Below are positions 1-10,869 of a stretch of 64,000 bases of DNA, in pieces. The DNA comes from an uncultured Bordetella sp. (GTDB taxonomy: Bacteria; Pseudomonadota; Gammaproteobacteria; Burkholderiales; Burkholderiaceae_C). The stretch spans positions 21,199-85,198 of the forward strand of contig CAYMJT010000001.1 of NCBI GenBank assembly GCA_964390775.1, given 5' to 3'. Position 1 is the stretch's first letter. Each line of letters starts with the position of its first letter. A program made the position numbers and the translations under genes. The notes beneath the pieces were generated by a model. That model saw only the letters and a program-made list of their open reading frames with translations, had not been told where the DNA came from and did no database searches.

Positions 1-2
1 CT

Positions 3-419
3 GTGGGTGCCGAGAAGGGCACCACCACAGGGCGCTCACGTCGCTGCGGTTGGTTTGACGCCGCATTGCTCAAGCGCAGCGCCCAGGTCAATGGCTTGAG
101 TGGCCTGTGCATCACCAAGCTCGATGTGCTCGATGGTTTGAGCGAACTTAAACTCTGCGTGGGATACATGCTCGATGGCGAGCGGATTGATCTGTTGCCC
201 CTGGGGGCCGACGATATTGAGCGCTGTGTCCCGATCTACGAGACCCTGCCCGGTTGGAGCGAAAGCACGGTTGGCACTACCCAATTTGACGCTCTCCCCC
301 CCCAGGCGAGACAGTATTTGCGCCGCATCGAAGAGACTTGTGGCGTGCCCATCCATGTCATCTCGACCAGCCCAGATCGGGACCACACCATTTTGTTGCG
401 TCATCCCTACGCAGCCTGA
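3..419 (+). CDS. purA: Adenylosuccinate synthetase, C-terminal part (truncated by window start)
   Basis: [23 protein letters not shown] and YETLPGW motifs typical of the PurA C-terminus. Confidence 0.95.
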   Translation: MGAEKGTTTGRSRRCGWFDAALLKRSAQVNGLSGLCITKLDVLDGLSELKLCVGYMLDGERIDLLPLGADDIERCVPIYETLPGWSESTVGTTQFDALPPQARQYLRRIEETCGVPIHVISTSPDRDHTILLRHPYAA

Positions 420-453
420 CTCGCCCCCAACCCAAGATTGACGGAGACCCCCC

Positions 454-978
454 ATGCTTACGGAAGACGGCAAACATCTTTACGTGTCTTATGACGAATA
501 CCACAACCTGATCGAAAAGCTGGCGCTCAAGATTCATCAGTCGGGCTGGGTTTTTGACACCATTTTGTGCCTGGCCCGTGGTGGCATGCGCCCTGGCGAT
601 ATCTTGTCGCGTATTTTTGATGTGCCGCTGGCCATCATGTCCACCAGCTCGTACCGGGCCGAGGCCGGTACGGTTCAAGGCCACCTCGATATTGCCCGTT
701 ACATCACCACCCCAAAAGGCGAAATCGCCGGACGGGTGCTGTTGGTGGACGATCTGGCGGATACTGGACACACCCTCAAAGCTGTGGTCGATATGCTTAA
801 AACCAATTACTCGCCCATCAGCGAGTTGCGCACGGCCGTCATTTGGACCAAGGGCGTTTCAACTTTCCAGCCCGATTATTCGGTCGAATTTTTGCCCACC
901 AATCCCTGGATTCATCAACCCTTCGAACCCTACGATTCCATGCGCCCTGCCACCTTGATGGAGAAGTGGAAGGTTTGA
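454..978 (+). CDS. Type I phosphoribosyltransferase (hypoxanthine/xanthine-guanine PRT-like)
   Basis: PRPP-binding motif VLLVDDLADTGHT; LARGG loop; GGAG RBS; follows purA. Confidence 0.88.
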   Translation: MLTEDGKHLYVSYDEYHNLIEKLALKIHQSGWVFDTILCLARGGMRPGDILSRIFDVPLAIMSTSSYRAEAGTVQGHLDIARYITTPKGEIAGRVLLVDDLADTGHTLKAVVDMLKTNYSPISELRTAVIWTKGVSTFQPDYSVEFLPTNPWIHQPFEPYDSMRPATLMEKWKV

Positions 979-994
979 GCCGCAGGAGCCCACG

Positions 995-2227
995 ATGGAC
1001 CATGCGAACGATTTTGACCTGACGGGCCTGATTCATCACCCCTATCGACCCCCAGCCGGTTTCGAGGCCCCACAGGCTGCCGTCCACAAAGCCTCGACTG
1101 TTTACTTTCCCAACGTCGAAGCGCTGCGCGCTCGTGACTGGCGCGAGAAAGCTGGCTATACCTACGGCCTGCACGGTACCCCCACCACTTACTTGCTCGA
1201 AGAGCGCGTCGCCCATTTGGAGGGTGGTTTGCAGACTGTTCTGGTGCCCAGCGGCCTGAGCGCCATCAGCACCACGGGACTGGCCTTGTTACAGACCGGA
1301 GACGAGGTGCTGATCCCAGACAACGCCTATGGCCCCAATAAAGCCTTTGCGTTGGGCGAGTTGGCCCGCCTGGGCGTGCGCCACGCCCTCTACGATCCAA
1401 TGGATGTGGGCGATCTGGCGCAACGCCTCAGCGTGCACACCCGTTTGGTGTGGTTGGAAGCGCCAGGCTCGGTGACCATGGAATTCCCGGACCTGATCGA
1501 ACAGCTGCGATTGTGCCGCGAACGTGGCGTGACCGTTGCTTTGGATAATACCTGGGGCGCTGGTTTGGCTTTCAACCCATTTGACCTTATGGGCGACGGC
1601 ACGCTGGGGGTGGATGTCAGTGTGCATGCCCTGACCAAATACCCCAGCGGCGGCGGCGATGTTTTGATGGGAGCCATCACCACCCGAAACCTCGAACTGC
1701 ACCACGACATCAAGCTGTGCCACATGCGCCTGGGTTTGGGGGTGGGGGCCAATGATGTCGAGACCGTGTTGCGCTCATTGCCCAGCATGGGGGTGCGCTA
1801 TGTCGCCCAAGACCGCAGCGCCCGCGCCCTGGCTATGTGGCTGGCCGATCAGGATTTTTGTACCCAGGTCTTGCACCCGGCATGGCCTGGCGCACCGGGC
1901 CATGAGCACTGGTTGGCGGTTTGTCGGCACGGCGGTCATGGCAGCGCCGGATTGGCGGCCGGTCTGTTTTCGATCATGGTTGACGAGCGCATCGCTAGCG
2001 ATCGGGTGGATGCCTGGCTCAATGACCTCAAGTACTTCAAGCTAGGGTACAGCTGGGGCGGGGCGATCAGTCTGGTGGTGCCCTATGCCTTGCGAGAGAT
2101 GCGTAGCACTTGGCCTCGGCACCTCAAGCCCGGGACCTTGGTGCGCTTTTCTATCGGTCTGGAATCGCCCTCAGCCCTGATCGAGGACCTGCGGCATTCG
2201 GCACAACGCCATTTCAGCGGCTTTTGA
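995..2227 (+). CDS. metC: Cystathionine beta-lyase (PLP-dependent Cys/Met metabolism family)
   Basis: YGLHGTPT, DNTW, PLP lysine in ALTKYPSG, GYSWGG, RFSIGLE motifs. Confidence 0.85.
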   Translation: MDHANDFDLTGLIHHPYRPPAGFEAPQAAVHKASTVYFPNVEALRARDWREKAGYTYGLHGTPTTYLLEERVAHLEGGLQTVLVPSGLSAISTTGLALLQTGDEVLIPDNAYGPNKAFALGELARLGVRHALYDPMDVGDLAQRLSVHTRLVWLEAPGSVTMEFPDLIEQLRLCRERGVTVALDNTWGAGLAFNPFDLMGDGTLGVDVSVHALTKYPSGGGDVLMGAITTRNLELHHDIKLCHMRLGLGVGANDVETVLRSLPSMGVRYVAQDRSARALAMWLADQDFCTQVLHPAWPGAPGHEHWLAVCRHGGHGSAGLAAGLFSIMVDERIASDRVDAWLNDLKYFKLGYSWGGAISLVVPYALREMRSTWPRHLKPGTLVRFSIGLESPSALIEDLRHSAQRHFSGF

Positions 2228-2903
2228 GTTCGTAGCCGATCGGTCCTTCGGGAGCGTCTGGGTGGTGTCTGAGTTCGATCACACACCCCTCGATGGGCAA
2301 GCGGGCCAGTCCGGGGCCCAATTCGGCGCTTAAAGCAGGTCCCAACAGTTGTTGGTAGCGCAAGATGGAGGTTTGCAGGTCTTTGACGGAGACCAGCACC
2401 TTGGCCACACCGAGTACCCCGTTGGGGTGTCTGCGGCACTCTCCTTCGGGTACACGCCAGGCGCGCGGTGTCACGTCGCCGCATAAAAATGGCAAATCAC
2501 GACTGAATTGCCGCGCTGTGGTCCAGTGCAATTGTTGCCCGTCGGGTCGCTGCCGACCGCCCTCCAGCGGACCCTGTATGGGCAAACCCCGAGCCTGGGC
2601 CTGTGTCACCACTTGGGCCGTCGAAGCGGGTAACAGGGCGAAGTCGATCAGGCCTTCACCCTGTTGTTGCAAGATGTGCCACCAGGCTTCGGCCGGGGCG
2701 TCGGCTGACCAGGCAATCAGTTCGAAATACGAGCCGTCTTCAAACACCACCAGGGCGTTGTGCGACAAACGGCCTGGGTGTTTGCCGCCTACTTGGACCC
2801 GAAACCCCATGTCGCGATGGCGTTGCATGGCCTGCTCCAGGTCGTGCACGGCGATCACCAGATGATCGAGGGGCATCAGGGCCGGGCCAGTGGTCATGTT
2901 CAT
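2214..2903 (-). CDS. VOC/glyoxalase-like family protein
   Basis: LDHLVIAVHDL, GGKHPG, HNALVVFEDGSYFELI, RPDG, LPFL, HPNG motifs; ATGA overlap with the upstream Bug gene. Confidence 0.85.
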   Translation of the reverse strand: MNMTTGPALMPLDHLVIAVHDLEQAMQRHRDMGFRVQVGGKHPGRLSHNALVVFEDGSYFELIAWSADAPAEAWWHILQQQGEGLIDFALLPASTAQVVTQAQARGLPIQGPLEGGRQRPDGQQLHWTTARQFSRDLPFLCGDVTPRAWRVPEGECRRHPNGVLGVAKVLVSVKDLQTSILRYQQLLGPALSAELGPGLARLPIEGCVIELRHHPDAPEGPIGYELKSR

Positions 2904-3889
2904 TGCTCCAGTTTGATGCGCGTCTCGCGCACAAAGGCGCTCCAGCGCTCGAATTGTTCGCGGGCGTAGCGATCGACGGCAGGCCCATCGGTGGCCATCA
3001 CCTCAAACCCGCCAGCGCTGAGTTTGCCATTGACCTCAGGGTGATTCAAGGTGGCGCGGAAGTCATCCGTCAATTTAGCCAGCACCGGTTGCGGCGTCCC
3101 CGAGGGGGCAAAAATACCGATCCAGGAATAGGCCTCGAATTGGGTAAAGCCAGACTCGGCCACCGTCGGGACTTGGGGTAAATCGGCCAGCCGTTTGACC
3201 CCCGTCACAGCCAGCGCCTTGACCTTTCCGGCCTGAATTTGGGCCCGCAAGGCGGCGTAACTGAGCAATGTGATCTGGCTGGTGTCGCTGAGCACTGCTT
3301 GCACCGCCGGGCCTCCGCCGCCAAAGGGGACATGAAGCACATCGACCTTGGCGCGAAGTTTGATGTCCTCCATCACCAGGTGATTCATGGAGCCCAGTCC
3401 GGTGGAGGCGTAACTGAACTTGCCGGGCTGCTGGCGGGCTTCTTCCAGAAAACCCTTGAGGTCGTTGGATTTGACACTGGCGCTGGCCGCAATCACCAGC
3501 GGGAATCGGACGGCCAAAGTCACGCCGGCAAAGTCCTTGAAGGTATCGTAGGGCAAATTCGGCTTGGCAATCGGGTTGATGGCATGAGAGTCAAAGCACA
3601 CCAGCAAGGTATTGCCGTCGGGCGCCGATTTAGCCACAAATTGGGTGCCAACCTGGCTGGCCGCGCCAGGTTTATTGTCGACCACGACCGGCCGATGGAT
3701 GCGTGCCGACAGCACAGGCTGCAAGATGCGCGCTGTGATGTCGGTGCTGCCACCAGGAGGAAAGGTGACGATCAGACGCATAGAGTTGTCGCTTTGTGCC
3801 ATGCTGCCCAGCGGCAGGACCAGTGGCAGACCCAAGGCCGTCATGTGGGTCAACGCGCTGCGGCGGTTCAAGGGGTTTGAGGGGTTCAT
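2900..3889 (-). CDS. Tripartite tricarboxylate transporter substrate-binding protein (Bug/TctC family)
   Basis: FPPGGSTDITAR, VVDNKPGA, PDGNTLL, VPFGGGGPA, LPQVPTVAESG; start ATG 3889 with AGGAG RBS and an RR-containing signal peptide. Confidence 0.92.
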   Translation of the reverse strand: MNPSNPLNRRSALTHMTALGLPLVLPLGSMAQSDNSMRLIVTFPPGGSTDITARILQPVLSARIHRPVVVDNKPGAASQVGTQFVAKSAPDGNTLLVCFDSHAINPIAKPNLPYDTFKDFAGVTLAVRFPLVIAASASVKSNDLKGFLEEARQQPGKFSYASTGLGSMNHLVMEDIKLRAKVDVLHVPFGGGGPAVQAVLSDTSQITLLSYAALRAQIQAGKVKALAVTGVKRLADLPQVPTVAESGFTQFEAYSWIGIFAPSGTPQPVLAKLTDDFRATLNHPEVNGKLSAGGFEVMATDGPAVDRYAREQFERWSAFVRETRIKLEQ

Positions 3890-3912
3890 ATGGATACTCC
3901 TGATTGAACGAT

Positions 3913-5604
3913 TCAACCCATCCATTGACTGACGGGTGTGGCGGCATCTTGCAAGGGTTGCGAGAGCACATCGACCAAAGCTGGGCCGGGGTGGGACAAT
4001 GCGGCCGCCATGGCAGCGTCGAGTTGCGCCGGCTCTTCCACCCGCCACGATTTGACGCCGAAGGCTTGCGCCACTTGGGCGTGCTCGGTGCGTGTGAAAT
4101 CGACCGAAAAATAGCGTTCGTCGTAGCCCACTTTCTGGCTCGCCTTGATCCAGCCAAAGACGGCGTTGGAGAAGACCACCATTTTCAGGGGCACCTGGCG
4201 TCGCACGATGGTCTCGAGTTCACCGCAGGTAAAGCCAAAACTGCCGTCGCCCATGACCGCGACCACGGTGCAATCCGGTCGTCCGAACCAGGCCCCAACC
4301 CCTGCCGACATGGCGTAACCCAGTGCGCCATGGGCTCGGTTGGTCAAAAAATAGCGCCCAGGCACTGTGGAGTTGTTCAAATAGGCAGAGAAATAGGGGC
4401 AGGGCGTTCCGGGGTCGGCGACCACGATGCTGTTGGGAGGCAACAACCGGTTCAGACAGTCGACCACCCGCTCGGGTTTGATGGGACGATCCAGCGAGGC
4501 CGCCAGAGGGGCGAATCGCGACCACTTGATCTGTCGGGCCCGTTCGGCCAGTCGCCGGCCGCTGACTGCGGCGTCGCGCGCTTGTCGTCGCAGCCGATCG
4601 GTCAAAGCCAAATTGAGGGCTTGCAAGCTGAGTTTGGCGTCGCCCCATAAAGCCACATCGGTACGGTAATTGGCGGCGATGGTGGCAGCGTCAATATCGA
4701 GATGAATGATCGGAACCTCCCGCTGGGGTACCTTCCAGTGTTCGGTGGCGGTCGATCCGGCCCGACAACCGATGAACATCACCAGATCGGCCTGTGCCAC
4801 CACCTCGCGGGTGGCTTCGATGCCGCCGTTGGAGCCCACCACACCCGCATTGTGTGGGTGCGCGTCAGCCAGGCAACCTTGGCCGCTGACGGTGGTGACC
4901 AAGGCGGCATCGAGTTGCGTCACCAGTTGATCGAGTTCGTCGTGAGCCTGCGAGATAACCACCCCCGCACCGCAAAAAATCACGGGCGAGCGGGCGCCAT
5001 GCAGCAGTGCTGCGGCGCGTTCGATGTCGGCCGGGTCGGCCATCGAGCGCAGCGCGGGCACCTGTTGGTGTCCGGCTTGAGCCCACACGTCAATGGCGTC
5101 AGCAGGGTGTTTTTGAATATCGTAGGGCAGGCCGATGTGGGCAGCCCCTGGGCGGCCAGTGGTGATGTGCCGAAAGGCGCTGCGCACCGCGTTGGGAATC
5201 TGATCAACACGATCTATCAGCGTGTTCCAGCAGGTCAAGGGTTTGTAGAGTGCCCGTTGGTCGAGTTCGGTCAGCGGGTAGCGACCGCGCGAGCCCACCG
5301 AGATATCGCTGGTGATGGCCAGCAAGGGCACCGAGGACTCGTTGGCCTCGATCACGCCCGGCAACAAATAGGTTGCGCCACCCCCACTGGGGCCTTCGCA
5401 AACCCCGACCCGAGCAGTGACCCGGGCATAGCCATCGGCCATGTAGGCGGCACTGCGCTCGTCGCGCGTCAGGATGTGATCGATGCCATGATCCAAGCGG
5501 GCCAAGGCGTCGTAATAAGGCAAGCTGGTATCGCCGCACAAACCGAAAATATGCTTCACCCCATAGAGTTGCAGCATGCGCACCAGCGCGTCAGCTCCAT
5601 TCAT
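3913..5604 (-). CDS. Thiamine-pyrophosphate-dependent enzyme (acetolactate synthase large-subunit superfamily)
   Basis: ERSAAYMADGYAR, GPSGGG and TPP motif GDGSFG...SNAVFG; alternative start at 5610. Confidence 0.9.
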   Translation of the reverse strand: MNGADALVRMLQLYGVKHIFGLCGDTSLPYYDALARLDHGIDHILTRDERSAAYMADGYARVTARVGVCEGPSGGGATYLLPGVIEANESSVPLLAITSDISVGSRGRYPLTELDQRALYKPLTCWNTLIDRVDQIPNAVRSAFRHITTGRPGAAHIGLPYDIQKHPADAIDVWAQAGHQQVPALRSMADPADIERAAALLHGARSPVIFCGAGVVISQAHDELDQLVTQLDAALVTTVSGQGCLADAHPHNAGVVGSNGGIEATREVVAQADLVMFIGCRAGSTATEHWKVPQREVPIIHLDIDAATIAANYRTDVALWGDAKLSLQALNLALTDRLRRQARDAAVSGRRLAERARQIKWSRFAPLAASLDRPIKPERVVDCLNRLLPPNSIVVADPGTPCPYFSAYLNNSTVPGRYFLTNRAHGALGYAMSAGVGAWFGRPDCTVVAVMGDGSFGFTCGELETIVRRQVPLKMVVFSNAVFGWIKASQKVGYDERYFSVDFTRTEHAQVAQAFGVKSWRVEEPAQLDAAMAAALSHPGPALVDVLSQPLQDAATPVSQWMG

Positions 5605-5620
5605 GGCCATTTCCTTTGTC

Positions 5621-6205
5621 CTACACCCATCCCAAAATGCCGAGAGCGGCTCCGATGGCCAACAACCACAGCAAATGAATTCGGGTTTTGAGCACTGCCA
5701 CGACGGTGGCCGACATCAGGACCCATAACCCGATGTCTTGGGGAAAATGGTCGTGTCGGACCTGCATCAGCCAACCTGTCGATGTCATCAGTCCGATCAC
5801 AATCGGGGCCATTCCCGATTTAAAGGCCCGCACACCCAAGCGTTCGCGCTCGCGGTGCAACCACTGGGTGATTTGATAAGTCAGCAGGGATGAAGGCAAT
5901 AAGACACAGGCCAGACACGTCAGGGCAAAGGGCAGGGCGGCCAACCAGCCTTGTAGGCCCACTGCCGTTCCCACTTGTGCTTGCAAGGCAATATTCCAAC
6001 CCATCAGGGCAACAAACATCACATTGGGCCCAGGGGCGATTTGGCCCAAAGCCACCGAATTGACGAATTGATCTTCGCTCAGGTAAGCGTGTTCGTCGAC
6101 CAGAAAGCGGTGCATTTCGGGCAAGGCCGAAATGGCGCCACCGACGGCCATCAGAGACAGGCTGCCAAAATGCAGCAAAACGGGCCAGTAGTCGGACCAG
6201 TTCAT
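5621..6205 (-). CDS. chrA: Short-chain chromate transporter subunit
   Basis: MAVGG, FVNSVALGQIAPGPN; hydrophobic; start ATG 6205 overlaps the stop of the upstream paralog. Confidence 0.88.
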   Translation of the reverse strand: MNWSDYWPVLLHFGSLSLMAVGGAISALPEMHRFLVDEHAYLSEDQFVNSVALGQIAPGPNVMFVALMGWNIALQAQVGTAVGLQGWLAALPFALTCLACVLLPSSLLTYQITQWLHRERERLGVRAFKSGMAPIVIGLMTSTGWLMQVRHDHFPQDIGLWVLMSATVVAVLKTRIHLLWLLAIGAALGILGWV

Positions 6206-6786
6206 CGGGCCGCCAGGTCTTGGGCACGTCGCAATTGACGTGCAGCCCACCCACATGCCACGCCGCCCAAGCCGAGCAAGACCCAGATCAGGGGCCAGCG
6301 CAACACGGCCACGCAGACAAAGGACAACGCCGCCCAGGCGAGTCCTAAGCCAAATCCCAGCGGGTTGCTGCGCAAGGCCGGCAATAGTTTCAGGCCCGTG
6401 GCGATGACCAAACCGGCCACCACCGCCCCCATGCCGCGCAAGGCAGACTGGGCCACCCAGGTGTGGGCCACCGAATCGTAAAAAGCCGCCAAACCCAGCG
6501 CCAACGCACCTGGAACCAGCAACAAGCCCGCCAAGGAAGCCAGGGCACCGCGCCATCCGAATTCACGCGCGCCGATCATGATCGACAAATTGATCACATT
6601 GGGTCCGGGCAAGGCTTGCGCAACCGACCAATCTTCGACGAATTGTTCGCGCGTGAGCCACTGTTTTTTTTCCACCAACTCGCGCTGCACCACGGCGAGC
6701 ACGCCACCAAAGCCTTGCATGGCCATCCACAGAAAAGACACGAACAGATCGCCGATGGATCGGGGTCGGTTGGTGGACTCCCTCAT
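6202..6786 (-). CDS. chrA: Short-chain chromate transporter subunit
   Basis: [22 protein letters not shown] motifs. Confidence 0.9.
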   Translation of the reverse strand: MRESTNRPRSIGDLFVSFLWMAMQGFGGVLAVVQRELVEKKQWLTREQFVEDWSVAQALPGPNVINLSIMIGAREFGWRGALASLAGLLLVPGALALGLAAFYDSVAHTWVAQSALRGMGAVVAGLVIATGLKLLPALRSNPLGFGLGLAWAALSFVCVAVLRWPLIWVLLGLGGVACGWAARQLRRAQDLAAR

Positions 6787-7532
6787 ACCGTCATGCCCCC
6801 CGACACTTCAATGACCGCACCGTTGATATAACTGGCTTCATCGCTGGCCAAAAAGGCGTATACGTTCGCAATGTCCTCGGGCTGGCCCAAGCGCTTCAAG
6901 GGCACCCGTTCAACCATGCCGGCAATCACCTTTTCGGGCATGGTCGACAAGATCGGGGTTTGCACAAAACCCGGGGCAACGGCATTGACGCGAATTCCTT
7001 TGGGGCCTAACTCCCGGCTCCAGGTTTTGGTAAAGCCGATCACCCCGAACTTGGTGGCGGCGTAATTGGTTTGACCGAAATTGCCATAGATGCCCACCAC
7101 CGAAGAGGCATTGAGGATGACGCCACTGCCCTGGGACACCATGCTGTCGGTGACGGCCTGGGCGCAATGAAAGACCCCACGCAGGTTGACATCGATGACC
7201 CGGTCAAATTGCTCAAGGGTCATTTTTTGCAAACGGGCATCTTGAGTGATCCCCGCATTGTTGACCAGCACGTCGATGCGACCATGCTCTATCAGCACCT
7301 TGTCCACCATAGCGTCGACCATCTCGCGCTGGGTGACATCGACCACCAGGCCCAAGCTCTGGACCCCCAAGGCGCGGCATTGTTCGACAGTCGCGTCCAC
7401 CGCGCTTTGCCGGACGTCGCAGGCCACCACGGTGGCGCCTTCGCTGGCGAATTTGAGGGCGGTGGCCAAACCGATGCCTTGCCCCGCTCCCGTGATGATC
7501 GATACCTTGCCTTGCAGCCTGAGCTTGATCAT
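6783..7532 (-). CDS. fabG: 3-oxoacyl-ACP reductase-like short-chain dehydrogenase
   Basis: [28 protein letters not shown] (YxxxK), NAVAPGFV; start ATG 7532. Confidence 0.85.
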   Translation of the reverse strand: MIKLRLQGKVSIITGAGQGIGLATALKFASEGATVVACDVRQSAVDATVEQCRALGVQSLGLVVDVTQREMVDAMVDKVLIEHGRIDVLVNNAGITQDARLQKMTLEQFDRVIDVNLRGVFHCAQAVTDSMVSQGSGVILNASSVVGIYGNFGQTNYAATKFGVIGFTKTWSRELGPKGIRVNAVAPGFVQTPILSTMPEKVIAGMVERVPLKRLGQPEDIANVYAFLASDEASYINGAVIEVSGGMTV

Positions 7533-7647
7533 GAATACCTTCCCAATTTTGACAGTCCCCATCATAGCGAATGAAGCTCGGAATGACTCAGGTGGGTCGC
7601 GCTCAAGGCCATAGGGGGATGCCACTCTTCCCGAGTATATTTAGCCC

Positions 7648-8499
7648 ATGAAAAATACCAGCGAGAACGAAAACTTGCTTTGGCCTGGGGCCATCGGCGT
7701 TTTCGATTCAGGTGTTGGCGGCCTCTCGGTCTTGCGTGCCATACGGGATTTGCTGCCCGAAGAAGACCTGGTTTACGTGGCCGACTCTGGCCATGCCCCC
7801 TATGGCGACAAATCCGAGGCCTTCATTCGACAGCGCACCGTCGAAGTGGGGCGGCGCATGGTGGCGCGGGGTGCGCGCGCCATCACGGTGGCATGCAACA
7901 CTGCCACTGTCACATCGGTGCAAGAGCTGCGCAATGCGGTCAGCGTGCCCGTGGTGGCCATAGAGCCCGCCATCAAACCCGCCGCCGCCATGACGCAATG
8001 CGGCGTGGTCGGTGTCCTGGCCACCAGCCAAACCGTGCGCAGCCCCAGTGTGGAGCGCTTGATGCAATTACACGGCAGCGGGGTTGAATTCGTTCTTCAG
8101 GCCTGCCCTGAGTGGGTCGAGCAGGTCGAGCGCGGCGAGTTGCACACCGAGGTCACTCTGCAGGTGGTGCGTCGAGATGTCCAAGCTCTGATCGACGCTC
8201 AAGCCGATGTCTGGGTGCTGGGCTGCACCCATTTTCCATTCTTGAACCATGCCCTGCGTCAGTGTGCCGGCCCGCAGGTGCGCCTGCTCGACCCAGCGCA
8301 AGCCGTGGCGCAGGAGTTGGCGCGCCGCCTGCCCCCCCACAAACGGGTCGATTCTGTCGCTGAGGGTGACGATTCAGCTGTCATTCTCACAAGGACAGGG
8401 TCAACCCGTTTTTTCAGCACAGGGCCACTGGCCCTGGCCACGCAGGTCATGTCGCAATTGTGGGGGGAAGCGGTGCATGTTCACGCTTGGCATGATTAA
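7648..8499 (+). CDS. murI: Glutamate racemase
   Basis: IGVFDSGVGGLSV, PYG, ACNTAT, VLGCTHFP. Confidence 0.95.
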   Translation: MKNTSENENLLWPGAIGVFDSGVGGLSVLRAIRDLLPEEDLVYVADSGHAPYGDKSEAFIRQRTVEVGRRMVARGARAITVACNTATVTSVQELRNAVSVPVVAIEPAIKPAAAMTQCGVVGVLATSQTVRSPSVERLMQLHGSGVEFVLQACPEWVEQVERGELHTEVTLQVVRRDVQALIDAQADVWVLGCTHFPFLNHALRQCAGPQVRLLDPAQAVAQELARRLPPHKRVDSVAEGDDSAVILTRTGSTRFFSTGPLALATQVMSQLWGEAVHVHAWHD

Positions 8500-8579
8500 T
8501 TCTTATGAATTATCAGATTGGCGCTGGGTCATTCCACACAGCGATGCTGGAGTAATGGCAAAGCCCTACACTTGAGGGC

Positions 8580-10865
8580 ATGAGTGCCCCAGTTGATGTG
8601 TCTTTCTTTCCACGCGAAGCCAAACCGCTGACCAGCTACCGCAAATTCTGGGCGCAACGCTTTGGCACGGCCCCGTTTTTGCCGATGTCGCGCGAAGAAA
8701 TGGATCGCCTGGGTTGGGACAGTTGCGACATCATCATCGTGACGGGTGACGCCTATGTCGATCACCCCAGCTTTGGCATGGCGGTCATCGGTCGCATGCT
8801 CGAGCACCAGGGATTTCGGGTGGGCATCGTTGCCCAGCCCGACTGGAGCAGCGCCGAGCCCTTCAAGGCCCTGGGCAAACCCAATCTGTTTTGGGGGGTC
8901 ACCAGTGGCAATATGGACTCGATGATCAACCGCTATACCGCCGATCGAAAAATTCGCAGCGACGACGCGTACACCCCTGGCAATATCGGCGGCAAGCGGC
9001 CCGATCGGGCCGCCATTGTGTACAGCCAGCGTTGTCGCGAAGCCTATCCCGAGGTGCCCATCGTGCTGGGCGGCATCGAGGGCAGTTTGCGTCGTATTGC
9101 TCACTACGATTACTGGAGCGACAAGGTGCGCCGTTCGATCGTCTTGGACAGCAAATGCGATTTGCTTTTGTATGGCAACGCCGAACGCGCCATTGTGGAG
9201 ATTGCGCACCGCCTGGCGGCGCGCCAACCTGTGAGCGACATCACCGATGTGCGCGGCACGGCTTTTGTGCGCCGCAACACCCCCGAGGCTTGGTACGAGA
9301 TTGACTCGACACAGATCGACACCCCCGGCCACGTTGAGGCCCATGTCAACCCTTATTTGATGATCAGTGAACAGGCCAGAGAACAGGGCAGTGACTGTGC
9401 CCGGCAACAAGAGGCCGAAGCCGTCGCCCAAGGCCAAAATGCCCGCGAGCAACGCATAGCCGTTGCTGACATTGCCGGTTTGCGCGGAAAAGGCACGCAC
9501 AAGGTGCCACCGCGTGACAAAAGCGTGATCCGCTTGCCCAGTTTCGAGCAAGTCAAAGACAACCCGGTGCTGTACGCCCACGCCAGCCGGGTGCTGCACC
9601 TGGAGACCAACCCGGGCAACGCGCGCGCACTGGTGCAAGCACACGGCGAGGGCCACACGGCCCGCGATGTCTGGATCACCCCACCGCCGATTCCGCTGAC
9701 CACCGCAGAAATGGATTTGGTGTTTGATCTGCCTTATGCCCGCAGCCCGCACCCAGCCTATGCGGATGCCACAGGGGGACACGACGGAGAGACCAAAATT
9801 CCGGCCTGGGAGATGATTCGGTTTTCGGTCAACATCATGCGCGGTTGTTTTGGGGGATGCACCTTTTGTTCCATCACCGAGCACGAGGGACGCATCATCC
9901 AAAGCCGCTCAGAAGCCTCGATATTGCGCGAAGTGGAGGACATCCGCGACAAGGTCAAAGGCTTTACTGGCGTCATTTCGGACTTGGGCGGGCCAACCGC
10001 GAATATGTACCGATTGGGTTGTCGCAGCCCCGAGATTGAGTCGGCTTGTCGCAAGCCCAGCTGCGTCTACCCTGGCATCTGCCAAAATCTGACCACCAAC
10101 CACGGCCCGCTGATCGACCTGTATCGCAAGGCGCGCACGCTGCGCGGCATCAAAAAGGTCTTGATCGGCTCTGGCTTGCGCTACGACCTGGCCGTTCAGT
10201 CTCCCGAGTACGTCAAAGAGCTGGTGCAACACCACGTGGGCGGTTACCTGAAGATCGCACCCGAGCATACCGAAGAGGGCCCGCTGTCCAAGATGATGAA
10301 GCCGGGCATCGGCACCTACGACCGATTCAAGGAAATGTTTGATCGCTTCAGTGCCGAGGCGGGCAAGAAGCAGTATCTGATTCCTTACTTCATCGCCGCC
10401 CACCCGGGCACGCGCGACGAGGACATGGTCAGTCTGGCAATGTGGCTGAAAAAGAATGGTTTCAGAGCCGATCAGGTGCAAACCTTCTATCCCAGCCCGA
10501 TGGCCACCGCCACGGCCATGTACCACAGTGGGCGCAACCCCTTGCGCAAGATCACCCCATCCAGCGAGAGTGTCGACATTGTTCGTGGTGAGCGACGCCG
10601 GCGCCTGCACAAGGCTTTCTTGCGCTATCACGACGCCAACAACTGGCCGCTGCTGCGCGAGGCGCTCAAGGCCATGGGTCGCGCCGACTTGATCGGCAAC
10701 GGCAAGCACCATCTGATTCCGACCTGGCAACCGCAGACCGATGGGTCTTACACCAGTGCCCGACGCAAGAACAGCACGCCGAGCAAGCCGGTCAAGTCAG
10801 AACAACCTCGCCGAGGCAACTTTCAGACCCAGCACACAGGCCTGCCGCCGCGCAAAAAAGGCTGA
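8580..10865 (+). CDS. ygiQ: YgiQ-family radical SAM protein (UPF0313)
   Basis: [21 protein letters not shown], CxxxCxxC (GCFGGCTFC), YFIAAHPG. Confidence 0.93.
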   Translation: MSAPVDVSFFPREAKPLTSYRKFWAQRFGTAPFLPMSREEMDRLGWDSCDIIIVTGDAYVDHPSFGMAVIGRMLEHQGFRVGIVAQPDWSSAEPFKALGKPNLFWGVTSGNMDSMINRYTADRKIRSDDAYTPGNIGGKRPDRAAIVYSQRCREAYPEVPIVLGGIEGSLRRIAHYDYWSDKVRRSIVLDSKCDLLLYGNAERAIVEIAHRLAARQPVSDITDVRGTAFVRRNTPEAWYEIDSTQIDTPGHVEAHVNPYLMISEQAREQGSDCARQQEAEAVAQGQNAREQRIAVADIAGLRGKGTHKVPPRDKSVIRLPSFEQVKDNPVLYAHASRVLHLETNPGNARALVQAHGEGHTARDVWITPPPIPLTTAEMDLVFDLPYARSPHPAYADATGGHDGETKIPAWEMIRFSVNIMRGCFGGCTFCSITEHEGRIIQSRSEASILREVEDIRDKVKGFTGVISDLGGPTANMYRLGCRSPEIESACRKPSCVYPGICQNLTTNHGPLIDLYRKARTLRGIKKVLIGSGLRYDLAVQSPEYVKELVQHHVGGYLKIAPEHTEEGPLSKMMKPGIGTYDRFKEMFDRFSAEAGKKQYLIPYFIAAHPGTRDEDMVSLAMWLKKNGFRADQVQTFYPSPMATATAMYHSGRNPLRKITPSSESVDIVRGERRRRLHKAFLRYHDANNWPLLREALKAMGRADLIGNGKHHLIPTWQPQTDGSYTSARRKNSTPSKPVKSEQPRRGNFQTQHTGLPPRKKG

Positions 10866-10869
10866 GCAT

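Noticed and set aside
8529..10730. Long minus-strand ORFs (457 aa and 273 aa) opposite ygiQ
   Set aside because: Antisense shadows of a well-supported radical SAM gene
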